Source: Selaginella moellendorffii (Eukaryota; Plantae; Lycopodiophyta). Taken from it: a stretch of DNA of 64,000 nt. Positions 61,801 to 64,000 of the stretch are shown piece by piece; the first letter of the stretch is position 1, and each line of letters begins with the position of its first letter. The stretch spans positions 527,763 to 591,762 of the forward strand of contig NW_003314293.1 in assembly GCF_000143415.4 (NCBI RefSeq), in the 5' to 3' direction. The position numbers and the translations under genes were made by a program. The notes beneath the pieces are model-generated. The model made no database searches and was not told where the DNA came from. It saw only the letters and a list, made by a program, of their open reading frames with translations.

Positions 61801-63060
61801 GTCTCTTGAATACTTTATTAAACTACCCTACTTGTCTGTCTATATTCATTTTAACTTTGGACTCCTTAGTAGTTTTATTATCACCCAACATGTGGGTATA
61901 GCCTTCCTTGGTCACACTAGCCTTTTTTGGCCAAATTGGCTCTATTAGGGTTCTCCCCCTACTATACTTTTGGCGCTCACCAAACCCCCCAAGGCCTAGG
62001 AGATGAATGCTTTAGGCTTTCACCCTCGGAATCGGACTTGAACTTGGACTCGATCTCAGACTCCATCTCGATCTCGGTCTTGGTCTCGGCCTTATCCTCA
62101 AACTCCATCTCGGGTCCATCTTAAACTCCATCTCAGACTCCATCTCGGGTCTATCTTGGAATCCATCTCAGGTCCATCTCGGACTCCATCTTAGACTCCA
62201 TCTTAGGTCCATCTCAAACTCCATCTCGGGTCCATCTCAGACTCCACCATGTGTCATGTGTTGGTTGTCTTGTGTCCCTTTTCTAGAGACTCTTTTTTTG
62301 TTCACTTTGTGCTCATTTCTTGAGCACTCTTTTGGGAGTTCCATTCCTGCTTTTGACTCTTCAAGTCAAAGCTTTTAGTCCAAATGTGTTATGTTCATTT
62401 GGCTCCCACTTTGGCCACTACCACATGGCACCCTTTCAACCCCACTTTTGGGGCTCTAGGATTTGTGTCTCACACTTAACTCTCACCAAGCACGATAGAT
62501 GATCAAACTTATAGAGTTTAATGAATTTTTAATTGAGCACAAGGTTCAATGTGTGAATGTGGTGGCTAATGCTTTGTCTCATATGCGCTCTACTTTTGTG
62601 GGAGAAAGGATTTATCCAAAAGCAATGACTGAATTTGCTAGTATGGTTGGGCAAGTTCAACAGCAAGATATCAAGGTACAAAAGCTTAGTATGTGCATGG
62701 AGCCACCTTTATCACTAGAATGGTTTGCTCTTGTATAATAGCTAGGTATATCTTCCTTGAGTTGATGAGCTAATCAACCACATCCTCTATTATTATCATG
62801 ACCACTTGAAGGCTGGTCATTTTAGGGGGAGAAAGACTTTCGAGTTGATCAAGCATAGGTTCTTTTGGAAGAACATGAAAAATGATATTCTCAAGTATTG
62901 CAAGATATGCAAGAATTATCAACAAGTGAAGGTGCCAAAGGAAAAGCCAATATAGCTTTTGGTGCCATTACCTATCCCAGAGGATAGATGAAGAGGCATA
63001 TCCATGAATTATATCACACATTTGCCAAGAACACATATGCAAAATGAATAAGCTTGGATT
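58828..63060 (+). mobile_element. Decayed Ty3/gypsy retrotransposon, rearranged and interrupted
   Basis: LTR-like end ..TTAACA followed by PBS-like TGATATCAGAG (~58938); gag knuckle CHKCGEEGHWKVDC; protease LLDSGSSNNF; RT fragment (60694-60996, on the - strand); connection domain (ELRSFMGMVSYYHKFI); integrase zinc finger HDH..GH..FFWKNM..C..C at ~62800-62930. Confidence 0.85.
61300..62495. mobile_element. Inserted repeat-family fragment (probable LTR element), with hexamer-based tandem array at ~62030-62245
   Basis: Interrupts the gypsy pol between RNase H and integrase. Homologous to 63330-64000 and contains (GACTCCATCTC/GGTCCATCTC)n. Confidence 0.6.
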
Positions 63061-64000
63061 TGTAAGTGACTAAATTTTTCATTCTACTTTAGTCACTTAA
63101 CCACACCTCCGACCACTTGGAGGAGTCTCATTCACAACCTTCATAAGTCCTATTCTAGACTTGGGGATTTGCTAGCCCTAAAAATGGCATTCATGCCACT
63201 CAACCATTGCACTTGGTCCAAGTGCTCCATGTGTTCGACCCCTGACCGACACCCAAAGGTGCCACCGACATATTAGCCCGTTACACTAAGGCCATGCCCA
63301 TTCACTTTTGTCACACTAGTGATCCAACACCACCTGCATCACCATCCCGTTTTTCAAAGACTGGGCCATCCATTCACAAGTGGTCATCCCAGATCCACTC
63401 CTTAGCATCCTTAGGATGCCCATAGACATGGGGAATAACCTCCCCAATATCCCTTTTTTTGATCCCCACCAAGTCCCTTTTCATCCATGGCTGTGTTCAC
63501 CAACACTATTACTGGGTCAAGGCCCATAGGCCTGACCACTAAGTCCCACTGTCCTTTGGGATTTCTTTGCCATGTGACCATATCCTTGGTCATTACATTA
63601 GAGGATTGCTTTTTTTCTTTTCCATAGTCTGGGACTTCACTAAGCTACTATACTTGTTTATCTGTATTCACTATAGCTTTGGACTCCTCAATGGTTTTAT
63701 CATCACCCAACATATGGGTATAGCCTTTTTTGGTTACACTAGCATTTCTTGGCCAAACTAGTTCCACTAGGGTCTTCCCCCTACTATACTTTTGGAGCAA
63801 ACCAAACCCCTCAGGGTTTGGGAGATGAACGCTTTATGCTTTCACCCTCGGGCTTGGACTTGGACTTGGACTCGGACTCAAACTCGAACTCAGACTCGGT
63901 CTCGGTCTTGGTCTTGGTCTCGGCCTTGTCCTTAAACTCCATCCTGGGTCCTTCTCGAACTCCTTCTCGGACTCCATCTTAGGTCCATCTCAGACTCCAT
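63061..64000. mobile_element. Second insertion of the same repeat family, starting with an LTR-like TGTAAG end and running off the window
   Basis: Begins TGTAAGTGACTAAA...TTTAGTCACTTA (terminal hairpin), truncates the host integrase, and 63330-64000 aligns with 61305-62130. Confidence 0.6.

Noticed and set aside
62030-62245. CRISPR or telomere-like array
   Set aside because: Degenerate hexamer-based low-complexity repeat within a TE fragment, also present at ~63860-64000.

Overview
Eukaryotic, compact land-plant nuclear DNA, most likely a lycophyte such as Selaginella (inferred from 50-100 bp GT-AG introns, very short intergenic spacers, a Selaginella-style PLS-class PPR gene and a microbial-type terpene synthase remnant). 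Layout: AT-rich copia remnant (1-2 kb); tandem duplication of a conserved unknown gene plus alkaline ceramidase (2.1-8.5 kb); decayed Ty3/gypsy with a nested CACTA-ended foldback element (9.3-14.3 kb); a dense gene block (17-36.5 kb) with a chloroplast membrane protein, tRNA-Asp, a second membrane protein, an At4g14310-like gene, CSL4, a NAPE-PLD-like metallo-beta-lactamase, a dirigent-like protein, two secreted LRR proteins, ELIP and PPR; an MTPSL terpene-synthase relic; a second gypsy copy carrying a complete 5S-rRNA-bearing Cassandra TRIM (38.8-44.2 kb); an F-box pseudogene; and nested gypsy debris (58.8-64 kb). The most notable region is 47-58.3 kb: two paralogous three-exon genes encoding coiled-coil header + P-loop NTPase + PD-(D/E)xK-like nuclease (Crinkler/RHS 'CR'-type toxin architecture), with near-identical cores but a rapidly diverged header exon, embedded in inverted and rearranged copies of an unknown gene. 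All family assignments come from motif recognition and recall; no database search was run. Two assembly gaps (5546-5645, 12604-12710).
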